From Candidatus Micrarchaeota archaeon (GTDB lineage: Archaea; Micrarchaeota; Micrarchaeia; Norongarragalinales; Norongarragalinaceae), in assembly GCA_043800965.1 (NCBI GenBank), contig JAZDMM010000109.1, positions 1 through 27,882 of the forward strand: a stretch of DNA of 27,882 nucleotides, given 5' to 3'. The position numbers and the translations under genes are program-made. A model generated the notes under the pieces. It made no database searches and had not been told where the DNA came from. It was given only the letters and a program-made list of their open reading frames with translations. Positions 1 to 7,121 of this stretch are shown piece by piece; the stretch's first letter is position 1, and each line of letters starts with the position of its first letter.

Positions 1-64
1 CTGGTTTTGAGATACGCCGCGCAATTCCGCGCAAGCGGCCAATGCTGATTCTAGAAAAAGAAAG

Positions 65-137
65 AGCCACGAGCGGGAATCGAACCCTCGACCTTTCCCT
101 TACCAAGGGAACGCTCTACCAACTGAGCTATCGTGGC
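65..137 (-). tRNA. tRNA-Thr(GGT)
   Basis: The reverse complement folds as a cloverleaf: acceptor GCCACGA/TCGTGGC, anticodon arm TTCCC-TTGGTAA-GGGAA, T arm GAGGG-TTCGATT-CCCGC. CCA is not encoded. Confidence 0.97.
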
Positions 138-247
138 GTAAGCCTTACTAATTAATTAGTAATGCATTTTTTTGCAAGCACAAGGTTATTATATTTTGGT
201 TTGAAAAAGAGTTGTACTGGTTTTAATCAGTTCAATGGTGTTTATCG

Positions 248-400
248 ATGGGTAAGTTCAAGGAAGCGGACAAGGCGATTGCGGCAGTCAAAATCTGCTT
301 GAAATGCAAGACGCGAAACGACAAGAACGCTAGAATTTGCCGCAAGTGCATGTACACTAAGTTTAGGCCGAAGAAAGTCAAGAGAAAGGAAACAAAGTAA
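248..400 (+). CDS. rpl40e: 50S ribosomal protein eL40 (not in ORF track)
   Basis: Manual translation MGKFKEADKAIAAVKICLKCKTRNDKNARICRKCMYTKFRPKK...; matches the eL40 pattern KIC..C..RN...A..CRKC....RPK. Confidence 0.93.
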   Translation: MGKFKEADKAIAAVKICLKCKTRNDKNARICRKCMYTKFRPKKVKRKETK

Positions 401-450
401 GCCGGCCTTGAGAGAAAATAAAAAGCGCTCTAGCCATTAGTATAACACTT

Positions 451-534
451 GCAGGGGTGGCAGAGCCTGGAAAATGCGGAGGACTTAAGATCCTCTCCCT
501 TAGGGGTTCGAGAGTTCAAATCTCTCCCCCTGCA
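451..534 (+). tRNA. tRNA-Leu(TAA)
   Basis: Acceptor GCAGGGG/CCCCTGC, anticodon arm GAGGA-CTTAAGA-TCCTC, long variable arm CCCTTAGGGG, T loop TTCAAAT. Confidence 0.97.
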
Positions 535-570
535 TAGTTAAGACTCTAGATTTATCCTAGAATCTCCAGC

Positions 571-605
571 AATAGACTTATATATCTATTAGGGCATAGA
601 CTTAT
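571..605 (+). promoter_or_regulatory. TATA box overlapped by a putative operator
   Basis: TTATATAT at 578-585 lies inside the inverted repeat AATAGA-N8-TCTATT (571-590). ATAGACTTAT is directly repeated at 572-581 and 596-605. Confidence 0.5.
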
Positions 606-618
606 TAGGTGTTTAAGG

Positions 619-885
619 ATGCAAGCTCAAATTGAAGTGGTTCACTACCCGACTTTGAAGACGGTAATGGCTATCGAGGACGCGGTAAAAAATGCGGACA
701 CGGCGGTTAGCCGCAACCAGATTATTGCCAAGATGCCTACGAAAGTAATGCGTTCAACACTAAACGTTGCTTTAGGCTACTTGGAAAAACGGGGAATGGT
801 TTTGGAAACCAAGAAAGGCTTTATTTGGACTTTTAACCAAAGCAAGAAACTAGCTAAAGCCGAGGAAGACGGGCTGGAAGTGTAA
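619..885 (+). CDS. Small winged-HTH protein, putative antitoxin/regulator
   Basis: 88 aa with a helix-helix-helix-wing pattern (TLNVALGYLEKRGMV...KGFIW); lies directly upstream of a RelE-like gene. Confidence 0.6.
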   Translation: MQAQIEVVHYPTLKTVMAIEDAVKNADTAVSRNQIIAKMPTKVMRSTLNVALGYLEKRGMVLETKKGFIWTFNQSKKLAKAEEDGLEV

Positions 886-890
886 ACGCA

Positions 891-1286
891 ATGAAAAGAC
901 GCGCGAGCATTAAACTGTTAGGCGAAGCCAAGGAAGAATATTTGAAACTGCAGGAAACGGTTCGCAAGGAAATCGAAAAAGGAATTGCAAGCTCTTTTCA
1001 CCAAACGCTGCTTAAGTCGATAGACTCTAAAATAGAATTGCTTAAAGCAAATTACGATTACGGAATACAGATTCCCAAGAAACAAATTCCACGAAAATAC
1101 CAGATTGAATACGAAGTCACTAACTTATGGAAAGTCGACTTGTCCGGCTATTGGCGGATGATTTACACGCTCAAACAACCACAAAGAGAACAAACCGAAG
1201 TGGAAATAATTACAATCTGGCTAGACGTACTCGATGTCATAGACCACCCGAAATACGATAAAATCTTCGGCTACAAGAAAAAGTAA
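891..1286 (+). CDS. RelE/ParE-superfamily-like protein, putative toxin
   Basis: Basic 131-aa protein with a RelE-like C-terminal sheet signature (NLWKVDLSGYWRMIYTL...LDVLDVIDHPKY). Confidence 0.6.
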   Translation: MKRRASIKLLGEAKEEYLKLQETVRKEIEKGIASSFHQTLLKSIDSKIELLKANYDYGIQIPKKQIPRKYQIEYEVTNLWKVDLSGYWRMIYTLKQPQREQTEVEIITIWLDVLDVIDHPKYDKIFGYKKK

Positions 1287-1321
1287 GACTCTAGTTTTGT
1301 TCTCTGGTTACTCCCCCTGCA

Positions 1322-1368
1322 CCTCTTTTCTTTTAGTAAAAGAAAAGAGCTGCACCAGAAAAGAAAAC
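1322..1368 (+). repeat. tRNA-associated palindromic element, copy A
   Basis: Perfect 12-bp hairpin CTCTTTTCTTTT-AGT-AAAAGAAAAGAG (1323-1349), then ACCAGAAAAGAAAA. Confidence 0.75.
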
Positions 1369-1376
1369 GCGCGCGC

Positions 1377-1868
1377 TTACTTGACGTAGTGCTTGTCGTA
1401 CTGCCTCAAGTCGCCCCATTCCTCTAACGGGAAAAAGTCGTAACGCGGCGGCTTACGGCTTTGCTTGCCGCCTGGTTTTTTCTTTTGTTTAGTTTCTTGC
1501 GGCTGTGCCTTTTGTTCTTGCTTTTCCTTTTCTATTTTTTCGGGTTGCGTTTTTTGCCTGGTTTTCTCCTCGTCTTTCCGCACTTCCTTGACGAGTTGCT
1601 TCGCGTCTGTTTTGACTTTTTTCGCTTGCTGCGGCTGAGTTTTCGGGGCGGGAGGGAGTTCCGGAACGATTTCGCCGCCTTTGCTGGTGTGCTTGAACGC
1701 GTCGTACAAGCCCCAGCCGAGCACTCCCACGACGCCGAGGTAAACGAAAATGCACGGGCCTTGCAGTTCGCGGAATAAAAAGCTCAAGACTATGCAGCTG
1801 AAAACCATCATTAACAGCGCTATGATCGCTAATGCGAATTTCTGTTTTTTCGGGTCCCCTTCAAACAA
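1377..1868 (-). CDS. Hypothetical membrane protein (2 N-terminal TM helices, K/E/Q-rich tail)
   Basis: Two hydrophobic segments followed by a charged low-complexity region; tandem with the ORF at 1875-2132. Confidence 0.65.
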   Translation of the reverse strand: MFEGDPKKQKFALAIIALLMMVFSCIVLSFLFRELQGPCIFVYLGVVGVLGWGLYDAFKHTSKGGEIVPELPPAPKTQPQQAKKVKTDAKQLVKEVRKDEEKTRQKTQPEKIEKEKQEQKAQPQETKQKKKPGGKQSRKPPRYDFFPLEEWGDLRQYDKHYVK

Positions 1869-1874
1869 AACAAG

Positions 1875-2132
1875 TCACCGTTTCCGCGAGTTGAACTCGA
1901 TTGCGAGAAGGTATTGCAGTATGATCGTGACTGACAACGCGAGGAAGGAAAACAAAGCAATGAACGCGAATCGAATCAACGCAAAAGCGTTGTCTGCCAG
2001 CAATCCCGCTATGAAAAACGCGATGAATACGACGGAGACGACGATTGAACCGAGCTCGAGCAAGTACAGCCAGTCGTTAAGCTGTTTCTTGTCCTTTGGC
2101 AAAACCCATTTCAACAGGAAGTCGCGGCACAT
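1875..2132 (-). CDS. Small hypothetical membrane protein (2 TM)
   Basis: 85 aa with two long hydrophobic stretches; AT-rich divergent promoter region at about 2140-2175. Confidence 0.6.
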   Translation of the reverse strand: MCRDFLLKWVLPKDKKQLNDWLYLLELGSIVVSVVFIAFFIAGLLADNAFALIRFAFIALFSFLALSVTIILQYLLAIEFNSRKR

Positions 2133-2177
2133 GCCTTGATTACGCTATTATTAATTAAATACGTTACAATTAACTTC

Positions 2178-2543
2178 GTGAGAAAGTCCCTGGTCGACTA
2201 CAAAAACGAGTTTCACAAGATAGTGGGCGTTCCGCTCGACCACCCTGAAGCAGGGGAAAAGCTCGCGGACAGGCTGACGGAGCTCCATACCGCCTGCGAC
2301 GACTGGTTTTCTACGGGCTTAATGTTCAGGTTCCAGCGCGGCAAGGGCTCGGACCGCGTTCACGGAGTCGGCGGGAAAAAAGAGGTTCGGGTTTCAACGT
2401 CGTTAAACAAGGTCGAACGCAATTTCAACAACCGCGTTACGGATCTCCGCCGGCTTATGCAAGCGATCCGCGCGTTGAAGAAGCAAGGGCATTTCACGGA
2501 CGTTGATTTAACGCCGTTTTTCAAGTATGGAAAGGCTAATTGA
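2178..2543 (+). CDS. Hypothetical protein
   Basis: Start moved from 2136 to GTG 2178 because 2136-2177 is AT-rich promoter-like sequence; the stop overlaps the NUDIX start region. Confidence 0.55.
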   Translation: MRKSLVDYKNEFHKIVGVPLDHPEAGEKLADRLTELHTACDDWFSTGLMFRFQRGKGSDRVHGVGGKKEVRVSTSLNKVERNFNNRVTDLRRLMQAIRALKKQGHFTDVDLTPFFKYGKAN

Positions 2544-2545
2544 AA

Positions 2546-2953
2546 ATGGTAGCTTACGGAGCATTGGTGGTTGCGTACAGGATTACGGCTCGCGGGCGCG
2601 AGTTTTTGCTAGTCAAGAACACGCGCAGCAAGAGGTGGAGTTTCCCCGCAGGCCACGTGGATGAAGGCGAAGAGCATTCGGTTGCAGCGCTGCGCGAATT
2701 GCAAGAGGAAACTACGTTAAAGCGGGAAGACCTCGTGGAATTCAAGAACACCGGCCAGTGGAATGTTTTTTACGATGACGAATGCGTTCAAGTGCGGCAG
2801 AAAGTATTCGTCGCTTTAGTTAATTCGGAAGCGCACGTTCAAGCCGGTGACATGATTGACGAATTCAAGTGGGTTGCGGAAGCCGACGTGCCGAAAGTTT
2901 TAACCGAACTCAGCTTGCGCGAGCTCTACGCAAAGATAAAATCAACTCTTTAA
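2546..2953 (+). CDS. NUDIX hydrolase
   Basis: Nudix box GHVDEGEEHSVAALRELQEETTL (GX5EX7REUXEE); alternative TTG start at 2540. Confidence 0.92.
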   Translation: MVAYGALVVAYRITARGREFLLVKNTRSKRWSFPAGHVDEGEEHSVAALRELQEETTLKREDLVEFKNTGQWNVFYDDECVQVRQKVFVALVNSEAHVQAGDMIDEFKWVAEADVPKVLTELSLRELYAKIKSTL

Positions 2954-3012
2954 ATCCTTTAAATCGAAATCGGAGTTGTTAGCGGGCTTGTTTGGTTGCC
3001 GAGCGGGTTGGG

Positions 3013-3026
3013 GAAAGGTTTAATAA
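3013..3026 (+). promoter_or_regulatory. BRE/TATA promoter of the rpoP-rpl3 operon
   Basis: GAAAGG followed by TTTAATAA (3019-3026), upstream of the operon. Confidence 0.55.
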
Positions 3027-3117
3027 ATCAAATACGGCATATATCGTAACTCTGTTGCGAGTGTTTTTTATTCGCGTTTTTTAGAGTGTGAGTTTCATCA
3101 TTTAGACTGTGGTTGTT

Positions 3118-3255
3118 ATGGCTACGTACGTTTGTTCGAACTGCGGAAAGGAATTGGATTCAAGCGAGCTAGAGTTTATTCGCTGTCCGTACTGCGGTAA
3201 CAAGGTTTTGTTCAAGAAAACTCCTCCTGTTTTGAAGAAGTTTTCGAGCGATTGA
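3118..3255 (+). CDS. rpoP: DNA-directed RNA polymerase subunit P (Rpo12) (not in ORF track)
   Basis: Manual translation MATYVCSNCGKELDSSELEFIRCPYCGNKVLFKKTPPVLKKFSSD; zinc ribbon Y.C..CG...IRCPYCG.K.L.K is typical of Rpo12. Confidence 0.92.
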   Translation: MATYVCSNCGKELDSSELEFIRCPYCGNKVLFKKTPPVLKKFSSD

Positions 3256-3260
3256 TTTGA

Positions 3261-4226
3261 ATGGGTATTAAGCGAAAGCCTCCGGGCAGGGGGTCGCGTA
3301 GTTTTTGGCACAGACGCCGTGCGAGCAGAATTGTTCCGAGAATCAGGTCGTGGGGAGACCACGGCAAAGGCCTCGAGGCATTCGGCGGAATCAAGGCTGG
3401 AATGATTCACGTTGTCATGGTTGAAGACAGCGAGGCGCCGACTAAAGGCCAGGAAGTTGCGAAGGCCGCGACTGTTGTTGTTACCCCTCCGTTGTTCGTT
3501 TATTCAGTTATCGCGTTCAAGAAAACGATTGAGGGTTTGAAGCCGTTCGCCGAGGTTCCGGCTACGATCGGGATTCCGAAGGAAGCAAAGCGCGTTTTGA
3601 CTCCGGCAAAGAAAGCAAAGCATTCTATTGACGATTTGAAAAAGCAAGTCAGTGAAATCGCTGACGTGCGCATTATCGCTTTATCGCTGTCGTCTAAATC
3701 CGGCATTTCCAAGAACCCGTTCGTTATTGAAATGGCCGTAGGCGGCGCGAACGCGGCGGAAAAACTTGATTTTGCAGCAAGCGTTTTAGGCAAGGAAGTT
3801 TCGGTTTCCGATGTTTTCAACGAAGGCGATGTGGTAGATACTATTGCGGTTACCAAGGGAAAAGGATGGCAAGGAGTTGTCAAGCGTTACGGCGTTGCCT
3901 TGAACATCAGGAAAGCCACGCAGAAGCGCAGGCACGGAGGCTCCCTTGGAGCGGAACGCCAAGCCAAGGTCATGTACACCATCCCGCGCGCGGGTCAAAT
4001 GGGTTTCCACAGGAGAACCGACTGGAACAAGAGAATCATGGCTGTTTCCAAGGACTCCGGCAAGTTCACGCCCGCAGGCGGGTTCAAGCGTTTCGGTATT
4101 CCGAAGACTGATTTCGTCTTGATTGAAGGCAGTATTCCCGGCCCGTCAAAGCGTTTCGTTTTATTGAGGAAAAGCTTGCGCAACAAGAAGAGCGCGAAGC
4201 CGGAAATAAAGAAGATTGTCAAGTGA
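3261..4226 (+). CDS. rpl3: 50S ribosomal protein uL3
   Basis: PRGSRSF, VTKGKGWQGVVKRYG, PRAGQMGFH, GSIPGP motifs. Confidence 0.98.
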   Translation: MGIKRKPPGRGSRSFWHRRRASRIVPRIRSWGDHGKGLEAFGGIKAGMIHVVMVEDSEAPTKGQEVAKAATVVVTPPLFVYSVIAFKKTIEGLKPFAEVPATIGIPKEAKRVLTPAKKAKHSIDDLKKQVSEIADVRIIALSLSSKSGISKNPFVIEMAVGGANAAEKLDFAASVLGKEVSVSDVFNEGDVVDTIAVTKGKGWQGVVKRYGVALNIRKATQKRRHGGSLGAERQAKVMYTIPRAGQMGFHRRTDWNKRIMAVSKDSGKFTPAGGFKRFGIPKTDFVLIEGSIPGPSKRFVLLRKSLRNKKSAKPEIKKIVK

Positions 4227-4230
4227 TTTT

Positions 4231-5031
4231 TTGAAAGCTACTGTACTCGGTTTGAACGGCTCGAAGTCGAGCGAGGTAGAGTTGCCTCACCACTTCGAGG
4301 AAGAGTTCAGGCCGGATTTGATCAAGCGCGCGTTTCACGCATTCCGTTCCTTAAGCTGGCAGCCGAAAGGCGCTTTCCCGATGGCGGGAATGCAGACTAC
4401 GGCGGAATACTACGGCCGTAGGCACGAGCCGCGCCAGACCATTAACACCGGGCGCTCGCGTTTGCCGCGTGAAAAGATTGCGCCCGACCGCTTGGGCCAA
4501 GTGCGCCAGGTTCCGCAAGCAGTAGGCGGCCGCAGGGCTCACCCGCCGAAGCCGTGGACGGTTTTGCGCGAGAAAATTAACATTAAGGAAAAGAACAAGG
4601 CGATTCGCAGTGCAATAGCCGCGTCCGCAAGCGAGAAAATTGTGAAGAACCGCGGCCACAAGTTTTCTTGCAAGTTACCGCTTGTCGTTTCAAAGGATTT
4701 CGAGGGCGTGAAGAAAGTCAAGGAAGCCGCGAAAGTCTTGATTGACTTTGGCGTTGGCGATGACTTGAAGCGCGCGAAAGACGGCCGCAAGATGCGCAGC
4801 GGTAGGGCGCGCTTGAGGAAAGGCGGTTACAAGGTGCCGGTTAGTGCTTTGATTGTTTTCGCGGAAGACCATGGAATCAGGAAGGCGGCGAGGAATTTGC
4901 CGGGTGTTGACGTGGTTAAGGTGCAGGATTTGAATGCGGAATTGCTTGCTCCCGGCGGAGTCGCGGGGCGCTTGGTGGTTTGGACGCAGGACGCAGTTGA
5001 GAAGCTGGACAAGGAGAGGTTATTCGAGTGA
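4231..5031 (+). CDS. rpl4: 50S ribosomal protein uL4
   Basis: VPQAVGGRRAHPPK, LNAELLAPGG motifs; start set at TTG 4231 after the SD-like GTGAT. Confidence 0.97.
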   Translation: MKATVLGLNGSKSSEVELPHHFEEEFRPDLIKRAFHAFRSLSWQPKGAFPMAGMQTTAEYYGRRHEPRQTINTGRSRLPREKIAPDRLGQVRQVPQAVGGRRAHPPKPWTVLREKINIKEKNKAIRSAIAASASEKIVKNRGHKFSCKLPLVVSKDFEGVKKVKEAAKVLIDFGVGDDLKRAKDGRKMRSGRARLRKGGYKVPVSALIVFAEDHGIRKAARNLPGVDVVKVQDLNAELLAPGGVAGRLVVWTQDAVEKLDKERLFE

Positions 5032-5279
5032 CGATTATCATTAATGCATTGACTACCGAGAAAGCAGTTGCAGGCATCGAGCGCGAGAACAAGATTACGT
5101 TCGTTGTAGACGGCAAGGCGACGAAAGCCGATGTAAAGACGGAGGTCGAGCGGTTGTACGGCGAGAAAGTCGTTAAAGTCAATGTTTTGGTTTCTTCCCA
5201 CGGGGTTAAGAAAGCGATGGTCAAGTTCAAGCGCGAGGGCGCGGCTTCGGATTTGGCTGCCAGGTTGAAAGTGATTTAA
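5028..5279 (+). CDS. rpl23: 50S ribosomal protein uL23
   Basis: TEKA...ENKITFVV...KKAMVK pattern and operon position. Confidence 0.97.
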   Translation: MTIIINALTTEKAVAGIERENKITFVVDGKATKADVKTEVERLYGEKVVKVNVLVSSHGVKKAMVKFKREGAASDLAARLKVI

Positions 5280-6013
5280 TGGGTAAAATGCTGAAGCACC
5301 AGAGGCGCGGTAAAGGCTCTAGCGTTTATCGTACTCCTAGCCACAGGTATTACTCTAAAGTAAAGTACCCGCGTTTCCAGAAATCGTTCGACGGCGAGGT
5401 TTTGGGTTTCGTCGACGATCCGGGTCACGGTGTTTTAATCGCGTTAATCGAGCTGGATGACGGCTCCGAGTTTTTGAATTTAGCGTCTGAAGGATTGGCG
5501 ATGGGGGCGCGCGTCAAGGTTTTGAAGAACGACAAGCCGAGAGTCGGCGATGTTTCTAAATTGCGCAATTTGCCGGAAGGCACTCCCGTGTTCAACGTGG
5601 AAGCGAATCCCGGCGACGGCGGCCAGTTCGCGAGGGCAACGGGCGCGAGCGCGATGCTGCTTGCGCAAGACGAGGACACCGGATTGTACAACGTGCGCCT
5701 TGCGAGCAAGGCCATTAAGAAATTGTCTCCCGATTGTTTTGCGACAGTGGGCGTTGCTTGCGGCGGCGGCAGAACAGAGAAGCCGTTCAAGAAAGCGAGC
5801 GCTAGGCGTTTTGCAATGAAGGCGACTCACCGCATTTACCCGCGCGTTCGCGGCACGGCAATGAACGCCAACAACCACCCGCACGGTGGAAAGAGTATGG
5901 GCAAGCCGTCTACGGTGTCCAGGCACGCGCCGCCGGGCCAGAAGGTCGGCCACATCGCGGCTCGCAGGACCGGCAGGAGAAAAGGAAAGAAGAGTAGTGA
6001 TATGAATGGCTAG
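5279..6013 (+). CDS. rpl2: 50S ribosomal protein uL2
   Basis: QRRGKGS, RVRGTAMNANNHPHGG, PPGQKVGHIAARRTG. Confidence 0.98.
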   Translation: MGKMLKHQRRGKGSSVYRTPSHRYYSKVKYPRFQKSFDGEVLGFVDDPGHGVLIALIELDDGSEFLNLASEGLAMGARVKVLKNDKPRVGDVSKLRNLPEGTPVFNVEANPGDGGQFARATGASAMLLAQDEDTGLYNVRLASKAIKKLSPDCFATVGVACGGGRTEKPFKKASARRFAMKATHRIYPRVRGTAMNANNHPHGGKSMGKPSTVSRHAPPGQKVGHIAARRTGRRKGKKSSDMNG

Positions 6014-6398
6014 AAAATTTGTTTACCGCGGAATCAACGTCGAGGAATTGCAGAAATTGCCTTTAGACGAGTTCATCAAGATGCTGCCGGCTACGCAGCG
6101 CAGGACTATGAAGCGGTCGAACAAGCACATCAAGGTTTTTCTCGCGAAGTTCCGCGACCACCAGAAAAAGCACAAGGACAAGCCCGTGAAAACGCATTTC
6201 AGGGACATGATTGTTTTCCCGGAGATGCTTGGCGCCAGGATTCAGATTTACGCGGGCAAGGACTGGGCGGACATCACGATTACTCCGGAAATGCTGGGCC
6301 ACCGCTTGGGCGAGTACTCGCACACGACTAAAATGGTTAAGCACAGCGGCCCGGGTATCGGGGCAACTCGCGGAAGCAAGTCAGTGGAGTTGAAGTAG
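6006..6398 (+). CDS. rps19: 30S ribosomal protein uS19
   Basis: KTHFRDMIVFPEMLG, MLGHRLGEYSHT. Confidence 0.98.
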   Translation: MARKFVYRGINVEELQKLPLDEFIKMLPATQRRTMKRSNKHIKVFLAKFRDHQKKHKDKPVKTHFRDMIVFPEMLGARIQIYAGKDWADITITPEMLGHRLGEYSHTTKMVKHSGPGIGATRGSKSVELK

Positions 6399-6403
6399 GC
6401 AAA

Positions 6404-7111
6404 ATGGGTTTACACAAGTACGCATTCAAGGGAAAGAAGCAGTCGGGCAAGGCGCAGGCTCACGACGTTGACGCTTCTTTCAAGGACTTCAGCCAGGTTT
6501 GCTTGGCTATCAAGCGCAAGCCCGTTACCAAAGCGCGCGTCATATTAGACGAGTGCATTTCAATGAAGAAAGCGATTCCTTACCACAAGTTCGCGAAAGG
6601 CACGGGCCACCGCAGCGAGCTCGGAGGCAGGCGCGGCAAGTACCCGATTAAGGAAGCAAAGCTCACGCTGAAACTATTGAATAACGCGGTTGCAAACGCT
6701 GTTAACCAGGGATTAGACGAGGAAAAGCTCGTTGTGGCGCACGCACTCGCGAACAAGCAAGTCACTTACAAGCGTTACCGCAGGACTTGGGTGGGCAGCC
6801 ACACGCTCGGTTACGGCCGTTTCGCCATGTGGGGTAATTACGTTACTTGCATGGTTCAGATAGTTGTCGAAGAATCCGACAAGATTAAGCCGGATAAGGA
6901 AAAGAAAACGGAATCGAAAGCCAAGCAGAGGCCGAGAAAGCGAACCGAAGCTCAAACAAAAAAACAAGAAACGAAGCCGGTTGAAGTGAAGACGGAAGAG
7001 CTCAAGAAAGAGGAAGTGAAGCAGGAAGAAGAGAAGAGCACGGAAGCAAGGGAGAAAGTTCACGCTGAAAAGGAAGAGAAAAAGAAAAACGAGATTATGG
7101 TTGTTGGCTAG
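6404..7111 (+). CDS. rpl22: 50S ribosomal protein uL22 with K/E-rich C-terminal extension
   Basis: GKYPIKEAK...LLNNAVANA; operon position. Confidence 0.95.
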   Translation: MGLHKYAFKGKKQSGKAQAHDVDASFKDFSQVCLAIKRKPVTKARVILDECISMKKAIPYHKFAKGTGHRSELGGRRGKYPIKEAKLTLKLLNNAVANAVNQGLDEEKLVVAHALANKQVTYKRYRRTWVGSHTLGYGRFAMWGNYVTCMVQIVVEESDKIKPDKEKKTESKAKQRPRKRTEAQTKKQETKPVEVKTEELKKEEVKQEEEKSTEAREKVHAEKEEKKKNEIMVVG

Positions 7112-7121
7112 GAGTGATTGA

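Larger units (their letters stand above)
524..1321. mobile_element. Putative tRNA-Leu-integrated mini-islet carrying a TA-like pair
   Basis: CTCCCCCTGCA (tRNA 3' end, 524-534) is repeated exactly at 1311-1321. A second 11-mer, TAAGACTCTAG, occurs at 539-549 and 1284-1294. No integrase lies inside. Confidence 0.6.

Noticed and set aside
1-60. Possible 3' end of a + strand CDS (LVLRYAAQFRASGQC*) and a small GCCGC/GCGGC hairpin
   Set aside because: Too short to assign; no recognisable motif.
1461-2139. ORFs 1461-1778 (+), 1489-1755 (-) and 1750-2139 (+)
   Set aside because: Shadow or alternative frames of the two membrane-protein genes; their composition mirrors the low-complexity sense strand.
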